NCBI GenBank assembly: GCA_002269645.1
Contig: NIVC01001894.1
Span: 62,001-126,000, forward strand
Source of the DNA: Macrostomum lignano
Lineage: Eukaryota
Direction of reading: 5' to 3'
DNA: 64,000 nucleotides
Within the stretch, counting starts at the first letter, position 1, and every line of letters starts with the position of its first letter. Shown one piece after another: positions 47,895 to 59,349 of the stretch. The notes under the pieces are model-generated. The model was not told where the DNA came from and made no database searches. It saw only the letters and a list, made by a program, of their open reading frames with translations. A program made the position numbers and the translations under genes.

Positions 47895-48545
47895 TTAGCC
47901 GCTGCGCGAATCGCAGGACGCCAGCATTAGCTGATAGACAGTCTCCAATCGCTGGTCCAGCACCGCAGAGAATTCTTTCAACCAAAATGCAGAAGTTTCC
48001 GATTGCCTAGTTGCCAGACTGACCGTTGACATCATAGATGCGATATTACTGTTCACTCTGCCGCTGGCTACATCGCCCCCTGCGCCAACCGTCATTAGTA
48101 AACTACTATTAGTAGCAGGCTGATTCTGACAATCGGATGTTAGAGTGATAGCTCGCAGCTGGTCTCGCAGGGTATCAGCCATAGACAGTGCGCATTCGTG
48201 CGCGGCTCCGATGATAGAATGCATCCACAGGGCGGCCTCGGTGGCAGACGAGGCGGTCAGATGATAAACGGTTGGAGCGTCCTGATAGGACAGGCAGAAT
48301 GTGGCAGCCTGGTCCCGACTGTCCGACGGTTCAACCATGTGTCCGGCTAGCAGCAGGGCGCCAACCGGCTGATCATCCTGCGGCTTATCCAGGTAGTAGA
48401 GAAAGTTGCCGCACAGTTTGAAATAGTACCGCTTCTCGCTGCCGCCGCCGCTGGCTGTCACTCGCCGCATCCGTAGGTAGCCTTCGCGACTGCATCGACG
48501 GCGCTGACAGAGCCGCTGCAGTGTTTTCTCATTTAGCACTCGCAT
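47895..48545 (-). CDS. PLEKHJ1: PH-domain protein, PLEKHJ1/sesquipedalian-like, single coding exon
   Basis: MRVLNEKTL start, KLCGNFLYYL, QPVGALLL, WMHSIIGAAHE. Confidence 0.7.
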   Translation of the reverse strand: MRVLNEKTLQRLCQRRRCSREGYLRMRRVTASGGGSEKRYYFKLCGNFLYYLDKPQDDQPVGALLLAGHMVEPSDSRDQAATFCLSYQDAPTVYHLTASSATEAALWMHSIIGAAHECALSMADTLRDQLRAITLTSDCQNQPATNSSLLMTVGAGGDVASGRVNSNIASMMSTVSLATRQSETSAFWLKEFSAVLDQRLETVYQLMLASCDSRSG

Positions 48546-48664
48546 GCCGATCGGCCTGACTGGCTGAGAAATAATTAGGGTCACTTGTGTTAGGTGGGCA
48601 TTAAGCAATAGAGCAATGTCGGTAGGAGCTGTCACTCCAGTGCAATATGCTATGGGGCAAGTGG

Positions 48665-49940
48665 AGCTAGGGTAGACGGGCTACAGACTGGGGGTAGACG
48701 GGCTACAGACTGGGGGTAGATGGGGTACAGACTGGGGGTTGATGGGGTACAGACAGACTGGGGGTAGACGGGCTACAGACTGGGGGTAGATGGGTACAGA
48801 CTGAGGGTAGTTGGGGTACAGACTGGGGGTAGATGGGGTACAGACAGACTGGGGGTAGATGGGGTACAGACTGGGGGTAGTTGGGGTACAGACTGGGGGT
48901 AGATGGGGTACAGACTGGGGGTAGTTGGGGTACAGACTGGGGGTAGTTGGGGTACAGACTGGGGGTAGTTGGGGTACAGACTGGGGGTAGATGGGGTACA
49001 GACTGGGGGTAGTTGGGGTACAGACTGGGGGTAGATGGGGTACAGACTGAGGGTAGTTGGGGTACAGACTGGGGGTAGATGGGGTACAGACTGAGGGTAG
49101 TTGGGGTACAGACTGGGGGTAGATGGGGTACAGACTGGGGGTAGATGGGGTACAGACTGGGGGTAGATGGGGTACAGACTGGGGGTAGTTGGGGTACAGA
49201 CTGAGGGTAGTTGGGGTACAGACTGAGGGTAGATGGGGTACAGACTGGGGGTAGATGGGGTACAGATTGGGATAAATGGGGTACAGACTGAGGGTAGTTG
49301 GGGTACAGACTGGGGGTAGATGGGGTACAGACTGAGGGTAGTTGGGGTACAGACTGGGGGTAGATGGGGTACAGACAGACTGGGGGTAGATGGGGTACAG
49401 ATTGGGATAAATAGGGTACAGATTGGGAGTAGATGGGTACAGATTGGGATAAATGGGGTACAGACTGAGGGTAGATGGGGTACAGACTGAGGGTAGTTGG
49501 GGTACAGACTGGGTAGATGGGGTACAGACAGACTGGGGGTAGATGGGGTACAGATTGGGATAAATAGGGTACAGATTGGGAGTAGATGGGTACAGATTGG
49601 GATAAATGGGGTACAGACTGAGGGTAGATGGGGTACAGACTGAGGGTAGTTGGGGTACAGACTGGGTAGATGGGGTACAGACAGACTGGGGGTAGATGGG
49701 GTACAGATTGGGATAAATAGGGTACAGATTGGGAGTAGATGGGTACAGATTGGGATAAATGGGGTACAGACTGGGGGTAGATGGGGTACAGACTGAGGGT
49801 AGTTGGGGTACAGACTGGGTAGATGGGGTACAGACAGACTGGGGGTAGATGGGGTACAGATTGGGATAAATAGGGTACAGATTGGGAGTAGATGGGTACA
49901 GATTGGGATAAATGGGGTACAGACTGAGGGTAGATGGGGG
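48665..49940. repeat. ~22-bp G-rich minisatellite with a 153-bp higher-order repeat
   Basis: Monomer GACTGGGGGTAGATGGGGTACA; a 7-monomer block recurs in 49380-49940. Confidence 0.95.
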
Positions 49941-50722
49941 ATGAGAATTGAATGTAATTATAAAAATAAATAAAATGCATAAAAAGACGCAGAGCTTTAG
50001 TGCAATAGCTATATAGAATGGAGTATAAAAAGTGGCATATCTCTAATTATAAACTTCAGCCCAAATGAATAAGACACATTTATTGAGACAGAGCAACAGT
50101 GTATCGCAGTGCAATAAAAACCTACTGAAAGGAATCGAGGGGCAAAATAAAAAAATAGATAATAATGTTGAAAATACAAATTAGGGTTATTGAAGCCGAT
50201 TCAAAGTGGGCCTGAAAAATAGGAAAAAATTGTTTCTATAAAAATAGGATAGAACAGCATCCATACGATATGACTATCAATATATCGATCATGTTAACAC
50301 AGCCTTAGTTGCAATGTGACAGAAAAGCTAGTTTTAATCAATTATAAGCCTTTAATAGCATGCATGTAGCCTATCAAAGATAGAGATTATATTAAATTAA
50401 ATCGACATAATCCCCGGAGCGCAACAACGAAGTACGAGCGTAATGTACATTTGCTGTGTCCTGACTAAGGTAAAAAACCAGTGTTTTTACTAATAGTAGA
50501 GTATTGAATACATTTTAAGCATTTTTCTTATATTTCTACAATTAGTAGAAAGTCTATGAGAGCTCATTATATAAATTTCATACGTGTAATATTTGGCTAT
50601 TTTGCTATTTATACTGTATGTAAAGCGCCACAACGAGAATTTCGCGGCGATTTATCTGTTAGAAGGATTAGTCTCCTCTAGGCCTAGGCCTTCTCTAGGC
50701 ACAATTTAGTCACGCGATACTA

Positions 50723-53700
50723 CTAGGAAGCCAAAGCACCGGCCCGGTCGGCCAGCCGGCGCTGCTCCGACTCGGCCAGCTCAGCGCAGCACACGGCTCC
50801 GTAGCCGTCTCTAAAGTACACCCGACCAGGAAGCGAGTCCGGCTCGCAATAGAAACTGTGCGGACCGGCGCCAAGGCCAGGCAGGAAGCTGAGCAGCTGG
50901 CCGGACCAATTAAACAGGTACAGCACCTCCTGGCGGAGCGGCTGCTCATCCGATGCGGCGTCCGATTCGGCGTCGGCATTGCCGAACACCTGGGCTAGGG
51001 GAGCGGCGCACACTAGCAAGCCGACATTCGGCACGCATCTGGCTTCGCGCGCCTGGCCGGGGACAGCGGCAGCGCAGACAACTCGAACTCGATTACCTGC
51101 CTCATCGTTAGCAGGCGTATCTAACACGTATACGTTGCCTTGAACTGACAGGACGGTGCGGAATCCGCTGCCATTGGCTAATGGCTGCTCCTCCAGGGTG
51201 CGGTAGCAGCGAATCTCGCTCTGGGCCTGCAGGGTCTGGCCAGCCTGCCAGTTCAGTGCGTGTACGTTTGGCACCTGGCCATGGCAAGGGTGGGGAATTT
51301 CTTATATAAGCTGTGCGATTACTAATTACTTATTAATAAGCACATCGCACTGGAAAAACAGCTCTATAGACCTCTAGTTAATCTCTATAGGCGACAAGCT
51401 AATCTCTATAGGCGACAAGCTAATCTCTATAGGCGACAAGCTAATCTCCATAGGCGAGAAGCTAATCTCTATAGGCGATATGCTAATCTCTATAAGCGAC
51501 AAGCTAATCTCCATAGGCGAGAAGCTAATCTCTATAGGCGACAAGCTAATCTCTATAGGCGACGAGCTAATTTCTATAGGCGACGAGCTAATTTCTATAG
51601 GCGAGAAGCTAATATTCATAGGTGAAAAGCCAATCTCCATAGGCGACAAGCTAATAATCACACTTTGCAATAATCTAAATGTTATATTCATTGTTAATCT
51701 GATTCTATCTTAAGGTAATTGCTACAAATAAAGACTACTCTAGCTCGAGGTCACTCAGCTCCAGACTACTCAAGCTAAACAAAACTAAGACAGCCGACGC
51801 CCACGCACCGAAGGCACTCGAAATCCATAGAGATCATCTCCAACAGCCTGATTGCCGCACAGTTCAACAAAATTTCGACAGTCGTCAGCTATGGGCACGG
51901 CATCGAATGTGTCGGGATTCAGCAGAGCCAGCCGATCCGGCAAGAACACAGCCAGAAGGCGACCGCAGTCAGTCAGCCACTGGATGCCCAGAATGATGCG
52001 AGAATAAGCTAGATTATTGCTAGTAGGAATTTCATCTTCTGAAGCCGCCGCTGCGTCCACTTTAGCGACGTCTGTCTTCGTGTCCTCGTCGCTGCCATCT
52101 TCGTGTCCACTCTCAGGCGACCAGGTGCAGCGAACCAGTCTGGTAATATCCGGCGTACGCAACAGATCCAAGCCTTCAACGGAGAACAATGCGTTGCCTA
52201 CAATAGCGTGGCCAAACAGCGCCCAGCAGCCGATGCTCCAAGCCTCATCTAGAGCTTGGCGCCTAGACAAAATTTCAGCCTGCCGTTTTACAACGGCATC
52301 CTCGCCAAGGTAGGGGCTGGAGAACAGGCGAAGGCCGTCAGAGCTGCAAGCTGTCACAAAGCAGCGCTGGGATTCGTGATGCCGAACGGCCAAATCCGAT
52401 TTAAGGAATCTGCGCCTGCCAGCTCTGGGCATGAACGATGTCGAAAGGGATATTGAAGCGCCAAAGAAATTACTGAGAGACTGATGCCATGAAGCGCTGC
52501 ATAGTGTCGGATTCTCCGGTGTCATCAAAGCGACGTGCTCGCGCTCGGAGCTGGCAACGAACAGGCGCGGCCTGCACCCAGTTGAATCCTCATCTGTGCA
52601 CCTGACGTACACGTGACAGGTGGCTAGGATTGAATCCACTTGAGAATTGATATACGCTTTAGACCGGTCACATGGACAGCTGTGATGGTAGTGCAGAATA
52701 AAGCCGCTCTGCACAGTGCTGACATCTAGCAGAACTGTCAGCTCCTGCTGCCCGCTGTACACGTAATCGTCCAGGCGCGGACGGCGACGGCCTCCGCCGG
52801 CTTGCCGACCTTTGGATCCTGGCGAACAGGTGGGAATTATAATCTAAATATCTAATTTATAACAATATAAAACTGGTAACAAGACTGAGAAAAAGACATG
52901 CATAGGCAAGATAGACATTCTGATACAGGTATGAGCACAAAGGTAAACCTGTGGTTGACAATTCGGCACCTGGCCATTGCAAGACAAAATTCATATAAAC
53001 ATATTGATAGAAATATAGACAGAAATATCTGTAGAGTAAGGCACACCTAGACAGACAGGTGGACAAATATAGTTAGACAGACACAAGTTGACAGACATAG
53101 GTGGACACAGACGTAGTCAGACACAGCGAGACAGACAAACAGCTAGATAGACACAACTAGACGGACACAGCTAGACAGACACAGCTGAACACTGAACAGA
53201 CACACAGCTAGACAGGCACACAGTTAGACAGACACACAGCTAGACAGACACAAAGCTGCATGGACAGGCACACAGCTAGACAGGCACACAGCTAGACAGG
53301 CACACAGCTAGACAGGCACACAGCTAGACAGGCACACAGCTAGACAGGCACACAGCTAGACAGGCACACAGCTAGACAGGCACACAGCTAGACAGGCACA
53401 CAGCTAGACAGGCACACAGCTAGACAGGCACACAGTTAGACAGACACAGCTGAACACTGAACAGACACACAGCTAGACAGGCACACAGTTAGACAGACAC
53501 ACAGCTAGACAGACACACAGCTGGACAGACACACAACTGGACAGGCACACAGCTAGACAGACACACAGCTAGACAGACACAAAGCTGCATGGACAGGCAC
53601 ACAGCTAGACAGACACACAGCTGGACAGGCACACAGCTAGACAGGCACACAGCTAGACAGGCGCACAGCTAGACAGGCACACAGCTGGACAGGCACACAG

Positions 53701-56700
53701 CTAGACAGACACACAGCTAGACAGGCACACAGCTAGACAGGCACACAGCTAGACAGGCACACAGCTAGACAGGCACACAGCTGGACAGGCACACTTAGAC
53801 AAGCATCCGATCCCATAGAAAGACAAATTCCAGGCACAGACAGGCAAATTCAGAGACAGACATGCAGGCAGATAAGAGATTCAGACTAGCAATTCGTGTT
53901 CAAAATTGCTCATAAACACAAACGAATTGCACTAACCTTCCTTCTTATGCCGCTGCAGTGCAGCGTGATAATCTCTAATTTTAAGCACCAGCTCACTGGC
54001 AGTTAAAATAGCCTGCCGATGGTACAGAGTGGACAAAGCTTTCTCGGCCGCATCCCACAGGTGCGGATTAGCTGAGAATAGTTCAGCCGCCTTCTTTGAG
54101 CTCTTAAACAGGCGAGGAGACCGTTTGCGAAGCAATTCAAGATTCTCTTTAAACAGGTGACGCCTAATCAGTTTAATAGGCGACTCGCGCCAGACCTCGC
54201 CGCTGTCGCTAACAGAGTAGAGCGTATCGAGCCGGCAGCCGTGCTTTAATCTGGCATAGCCCGAATAGCAGTAGGTGAATTCGCGACCGCAGGGCGCCCG
54301 CAGTACCAGCTGCCTGGGCTCGTCCGATTCCAGACGTTTTGACTGAAAAAACCCGCATTGGATTATATATCTAGGTATTAGGTAAGGTAATGCATTAATT
54401 GCAGTTTCTAGCCTATTCTAGCCTAGCCTATTGGTTGCATATCCCATAGCAACCAAAATCATGAGCATGTCATACCATAACAACAAGAATCATTAGCATG
54501 TCCAGTGCCATAGCAATCAGAATCATTAGCCTGTCCAGTGCCATAGCAACCAAATCACAAGCCTGGCATATCTAATAGCAACCAGAATCACCAGCCTGTT
54601 ATATACCATAGCAACCAAAATCATGAGCCTGTCATATACCATAACAACAAGAATCATTAGCCCGTCCAGTTCCATAGCAACCAGAACCACCAGCCACTCA
54701 TATCCCATAGAAACCAGAATCTCTAGCCTGTCCTGTGGCATAGCAACCAGAATCTCTAGCCTGTCCTGTGCCATAGCAACCAGAAGAAACAGCCAGTCCT
54801 GCCCCACAGCAACCAGAATCACCAGCTAGTCCTGTCCTAGGGTGACACTGTTCAGTCCAGCTCATTACCTTGCTGCAATCAGCGCCCACCGGTGGCTCCA
54901 ACCAGCATGGCGAATCGCTGCTGCCGCCACCGCCGCCGCCGTAGCCCTTCAACAACAGTCGGCCAGTCAGGGGTTCCAGACGAATCCTGGGCACCCTGGG
55001 GGCCAGCAGTTGCACATCGCCAGTCAGGTAGCCTTCAGAGTCCAGACGCAGATTAAGCGACTCGCTGCAATCGTCCCCAACCAGCCAGGCAAACTGCTGA
55101 GTCTCCTCTGATTCGCGAACAGCCGTAGGCAGCAGAGGAGCAGACAGACTGCGCCGCCAAGCCAATCGCATCGGAGACGGCAGGCGGCCGTGGAAGCTAA
55201 TCTGGTCTAGCAGCGGCTGCCAGAGCTGAGCTGCCAGCTGGCTGACGTCGAGTCCAGGCTGCGGCTCGTTGAACTGATCATTCTCCTCTCGGCCAATCAG
55301 AGGCACCAGCGATCGCAGCAGCCATATGGCGTCGCGAGCGTAGTCGATGGCGGCCCGGCGCTCGCCTAGGACTGCGTGCAGCATCGACTGGTAGATGCTG
55401 GTGAGGTTGGTGAACTCGTGCAGCCTGTCCAGGTGGACCAGGGTCTCCCGGCACCAGTCAGCCTGGCAGTTGTGGGTAATAAGTTTTGTTTTTTTCTCTG
55501 TATTGCTTCTCGATTCTAAAAAGCCATTGTGTGACCCACCCTGGCTAGTTTTCTATCTAAAGCTATTGCGTGACCCACCCTGGCTAGTTTCCTATCTAAA
55601 GCTATTGCGTGACCCACCCTGGCTAGTTTCCTATCTAAAGCCATTGTGTGACCCACCCTGGCTAGTTTCCTATCTAAAGCTATTGCGTAACCCACCCTGG
55701 CTAGTTTCCTATCTAAAGCTATTGCGTGACCCACCCTGGCTAGTTTCCTATCTAAAGCCATTGTGTGACCCACCCTGGCTAGTTTCCTATCTAAAGCTAT
55801 TGCGTGACCCACCCTGGCTAGTTTCCTATCTAAAGCCATTGTGTGACCCACCCTGGCTAGTTTCCTATCTAAAGCCATTGTGTGACCCACCCTGGCTAGT
55901 TTCCTATCTAAAGCTATTGCGTGACCCACCCTGGCTAGTTTCCTATCTAAAGCCATTGTGTGACCCACCCTGGCTAGTTTCCTATCTAAAGCCATTGTGT
56001 GACCCACCCTGGCTAGTTTCCTATCTAAAGCCATTGTGTGACCCCCTGGACATTCACAATCTCTAAAGCCGTTGTAATCCCGGATATTTCCGAATCTCTA
56101 AAAGGCACTATTTATGTGAACATTTTAATGCTATAATGCTCTATTTAAAAAACACTCACGCCATCACCGCAGTGAACGAATACAAGCGAAATAGGGGCAC
56201 GCAGGCCGCACTCTATCCGCGCAGTCGGTTGCTGAGGCGGCCGCTCCTCGCGTTGCTGTTGCTGCTGTTGCTGGCTGACCCCGGCGCCCGACTGCTCAAT
56301 CGAAGCGGCGTAGCTATCCACATCCACCTGGCCGTCGGACAGGTTGCCGAGCTGAATAGCCGCCTGAATGGCCTCCGTGTCAATAAACGGTGCCCAAGCT
56401 GGCTCACTCGGTCCAGGCTCCGGTTTCCAGGCGAATCTCTGTGTAAATACTTGCAGCCAGCGTTGCCTAGCAACGGCCCCACAACCGGTTTTGAATTGGC
56501 CTTCGTCGAATACGGTGGCGCACAATGCCAATTGTTGGAAGTGAGCGCCAATGCGGATTAGGCGATCGTCAGCCGGCTCAAAGCTCAGGGAGTCGGACAG
56601 CGCGCCAGCAGCCATGAGTTCGCGAAGGGCCATCAAATAGAAAGATGCGGCATCCTGCGGCATGTCCACCTGGCGATTTCAGGCATATTTTGACTGGTTA

Positions 56701-57560
56701 AAATTGCAGATTAACTGCTGTAGAGGGTTCTTTGGCCTAGTGACATCATGTCCTTTGGCTACTAACCTGTCACCCAGTCGCTATTGAGATGTCCTCTAGG
56801 TCCAGTGGCTACTAGCCTGTCTTCTAGTCGCTACTAGCCTGTCTTCTAGTCGCTACTAACCAGTCTTCTAGTCGCTACTAACCAGTCTTCTAGTCGCTAC
56901 TAACCAGTCTTCTAGTCGCTACTAACCAGTCTTCTAGTCGCTACTAACCAGTCTTCTAGTGGCTACTAACCAGTCTTCTAGTCGCTACTAACCAGTATTC
57001 TAGTGGCTACTAACCAGTCTTCTAGTCGCTACTAACCAGTCTTCTAGTGGCTACTAACCAGTCTTCTAGTCGCTACTAACCAGTCTTCTAGTCGCTACTA
57101 ACCAGTCTTCTAGTGGCTACTAACCAGTCTTCTAGTGGCTACTAAGCCGTTTCTGGTGGCTACTAACCAGTCTTCTAGTGGCTACTAAGCCGTTTCTGGT
57201 GGCTACTAACCTGTATTCCACTGATTCCACTGGCTATTAACTTGTCTTCCAGTGGATAAAAACTTTAAAGTGACTACTCACCTGTCTTCCATTAGCTACT
57301 AACCTGTCTTCTTCCTCATCGACATCGATACAGTCGGCAGCATCCTCCTCTCCTTGGCTGGCATCGCAGTCGTCAGCCTGCGAATCAGCCGCGGACACGG
57401 CCGCCTCCGCCTGCTGCGACAGCACGCGCATCAGCTTGCGCCCGCCGGCGCGATCTAAATTGGCGTAGAATGAAACCAGATATTGCACATCCGCATCGTC
57501 CTCATTATCATCATTAGCTACTGCGGTGACAGCAGCCAAGGCATCCGGCTGCTGCGACAT
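50723..57560 (-). CDS. Large unassigned protein (~1,117 aa) with possible beta-propeller C-terminal half
   Basis: Phase-consistent exons 57282-57560, 56160-56669, 54869-55462, 53937-54342, 51809-52818, 50723-51274 give one open frame; no family recognised. Confidence 0.75.
51375..51655. repeat. 21-bp minisatellite (intron 5 of large gene)
   Basis: Unit CTAATCTCTATAGGCGACAAG. Confidence 0.95.
53045..53790. repeat. 16-bp minisatellite (intron 4 of large gene)
   Basis: Unit GACAGGCACACAGCTA. Confidence 0.95.
54440..54830. repeat. 33-bp degenerate minisatellite (intron 3 of large gene)
   Basis: Unit approximately CATAGCAACCAGAATCACCAGCCTGTCCAGTGC. Confidence 0.9.
55522..56046. repeat. 39-bp minisatellite (intron 2 of large gene)
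   Basis: Unit GTGACCCACCCTGGCTAGTTTCCTATCTAAAGC(C/T)ATTG(T/C). Confidence 0.95.
56755..57315. repeat. 22-bp minisatellite (intron 1 of large gene) extending through the splice donor into exon 1
   Basis: Unit GCTACTAACCAGTCTTCTAGTC; variant units at 57272-57293 and 57294-57315. Confidence 0.9.
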
Positions 57561-58217
57561 TTCTCTGCAACAGAGAATACAGTTTTTGATATTGTTGCGT
57601 AGGCTTTGTATTTATGTTTCGTTGTTAGTTATAGTTGTAGGTCTCATTTTAGTATATCGAAGATATGTACGTCTCCGGGCCCCGCCCCCCCCATTATCGC
57701 TTAGTGTACATGCAATCTCAGCCCCACCCCAATCTTTTGTGTGTCATTTAGCAGTTAAATATAAAAGGAACGATGGCTTGAATTTGTTCGTGAGAGTGCG
57801 TTGTGGCAATAGTCAAAAACCTGCCAAGAGTTTGAGCAAAAGTTATTTGTCTTGAGAACAGATATGTGTAACCAAAGCTTAAATGCATGATCTTATATCT
57901 GAATAAACAGCTCTTATAATAGATTAGAAACAAAAAGTGAATTAAGCTTGACTTTAGCTAGGTCAGACTAATGTCTTGGGCTATCTTAAATTTTCCTAAA
58001 CTTAGGTCTTTCATACCTAAAAATAAATAAACTGCTAAATCCTTTATAGGATTGCTCCACTTTAAACTAATTATTTTCAATTTTGATATCAACAATCTTC
58101 AACTATTTTGATGCACCAGCATAAAATTTTGAATCCTAAAGTTAATCCTAAATTGCACTGTACACTGTCTACATGATATGATTTACTTTAAACTTGACAA
58201 TTCTTCATTGACTTATT

Positions 58218-58779
58218 TCTCTATCTAAATATAAAGTCTCAACTCTGTAACTCAATCAGGAATGAAACTGTTAGACAGTTTCTAATCTCTCCTTTCTCCT
58301 CTTTCATCTCTACTCTTTTATCTTTTCTTTCTTCTCCTTTCTCTATCTTCTATAATTTATTTTACATCCTCTCTCCTTTTCTCTTTTTCTCTTATCTCTC
58401 CTATCTTATCTTATCTCTTTTCAACTCTTATCTAGTTTGTAGCCATGAGCTGGATTCTTTATCTGGCCCTTGAGATAAAAGTCTGCCAGTGCCAACTGCT
58501 GCTTCAAAAGCCAGTTCTGGGACATAGTACTCATGGGCCATTCCAAGGGCCATTTGCTAACTGCTTTGATCACATAATCTTTCTGGCCAATTTTGAATCC
58601 TAAGAAGAATTTTATATCTAAAGCTCAATTGTAGCCTATTACTTGAAAAAGCATTTGAATGCCAGATTTGAATGCCAGAAAGATGCAATGTGAGCATTTT
58701 TCACTTACAATTGATGAGTGGACTGCAATTAACAATAGGCGCTTCATGAATATCAATATTCACACAACTGATAAGCAAG
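58218..58779 (+). repeat. 562-bp direct repeat, copy 1 (hAT transposase 5' segment)
   Basis: Matches 60897-61458 with 3 substitutions seen. Confidence 0.92.
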
Positions 58780-58825
58780 CCCAGGCCAGTCTTTTTTCCA
58801 GTAAATTTCGAATTCCTACTACGCT

Positions 58826-59349
58826 ATGAATCCCTACCTAAGTTATCCCAATCCATATCCATATCCCTATCCCTATCGTTATCCATTGGCCGGTCTATTT
58901 TATCCCCCACCCCCATCTACTGGGATGCCCTATCCCAACCTGTACCCACCCCCATGCTCCCACCGGCAACCTGGCCGATGCAGCAACAGCAGCAACAGCA
59001 AGAGGAGCAACAACAACAACAGCAACAACAACAACCGCAACAGCAGCAGCATCAACTGCAGCTACACTCGCATTTGGTGCAGACTAGATTTGTGAGAGAT
59101 GAAATGCGCGCATGTAAGTTTATTGTATTATGAGTTTGTTTAGAGGGGTAGTTTTGACTAAATCAGTTTTTGTTTGACCACTCATTTCGTGTGAAATGAA
59201 TATATGTCACAAAACTATTATGCTTTCTTTTCACAGTTGGACTCTGCCAATTCTGTCTGCGGCGCGGCCACATAGCAGCAGACTGCAGAAATCTCCGTTG
59301 CCGCCGCAGCCACAGCTGCAGCTGCAGCACCGTTGTTGACATTGAATGA
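58826..59349 (+). CDS. Small spliced gene: Pro/Tyr-rich, poly-Gln, CCHC zinc knuckle; one-base frame break near 58950
   Basis: Exons 58826-59113 and 59237-59349 (GTAAGT...TTTCACAG). The spliced frame reads RFVRDEMRAFGLCQFCLRRGHIAADC. Confidence 0.55.
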
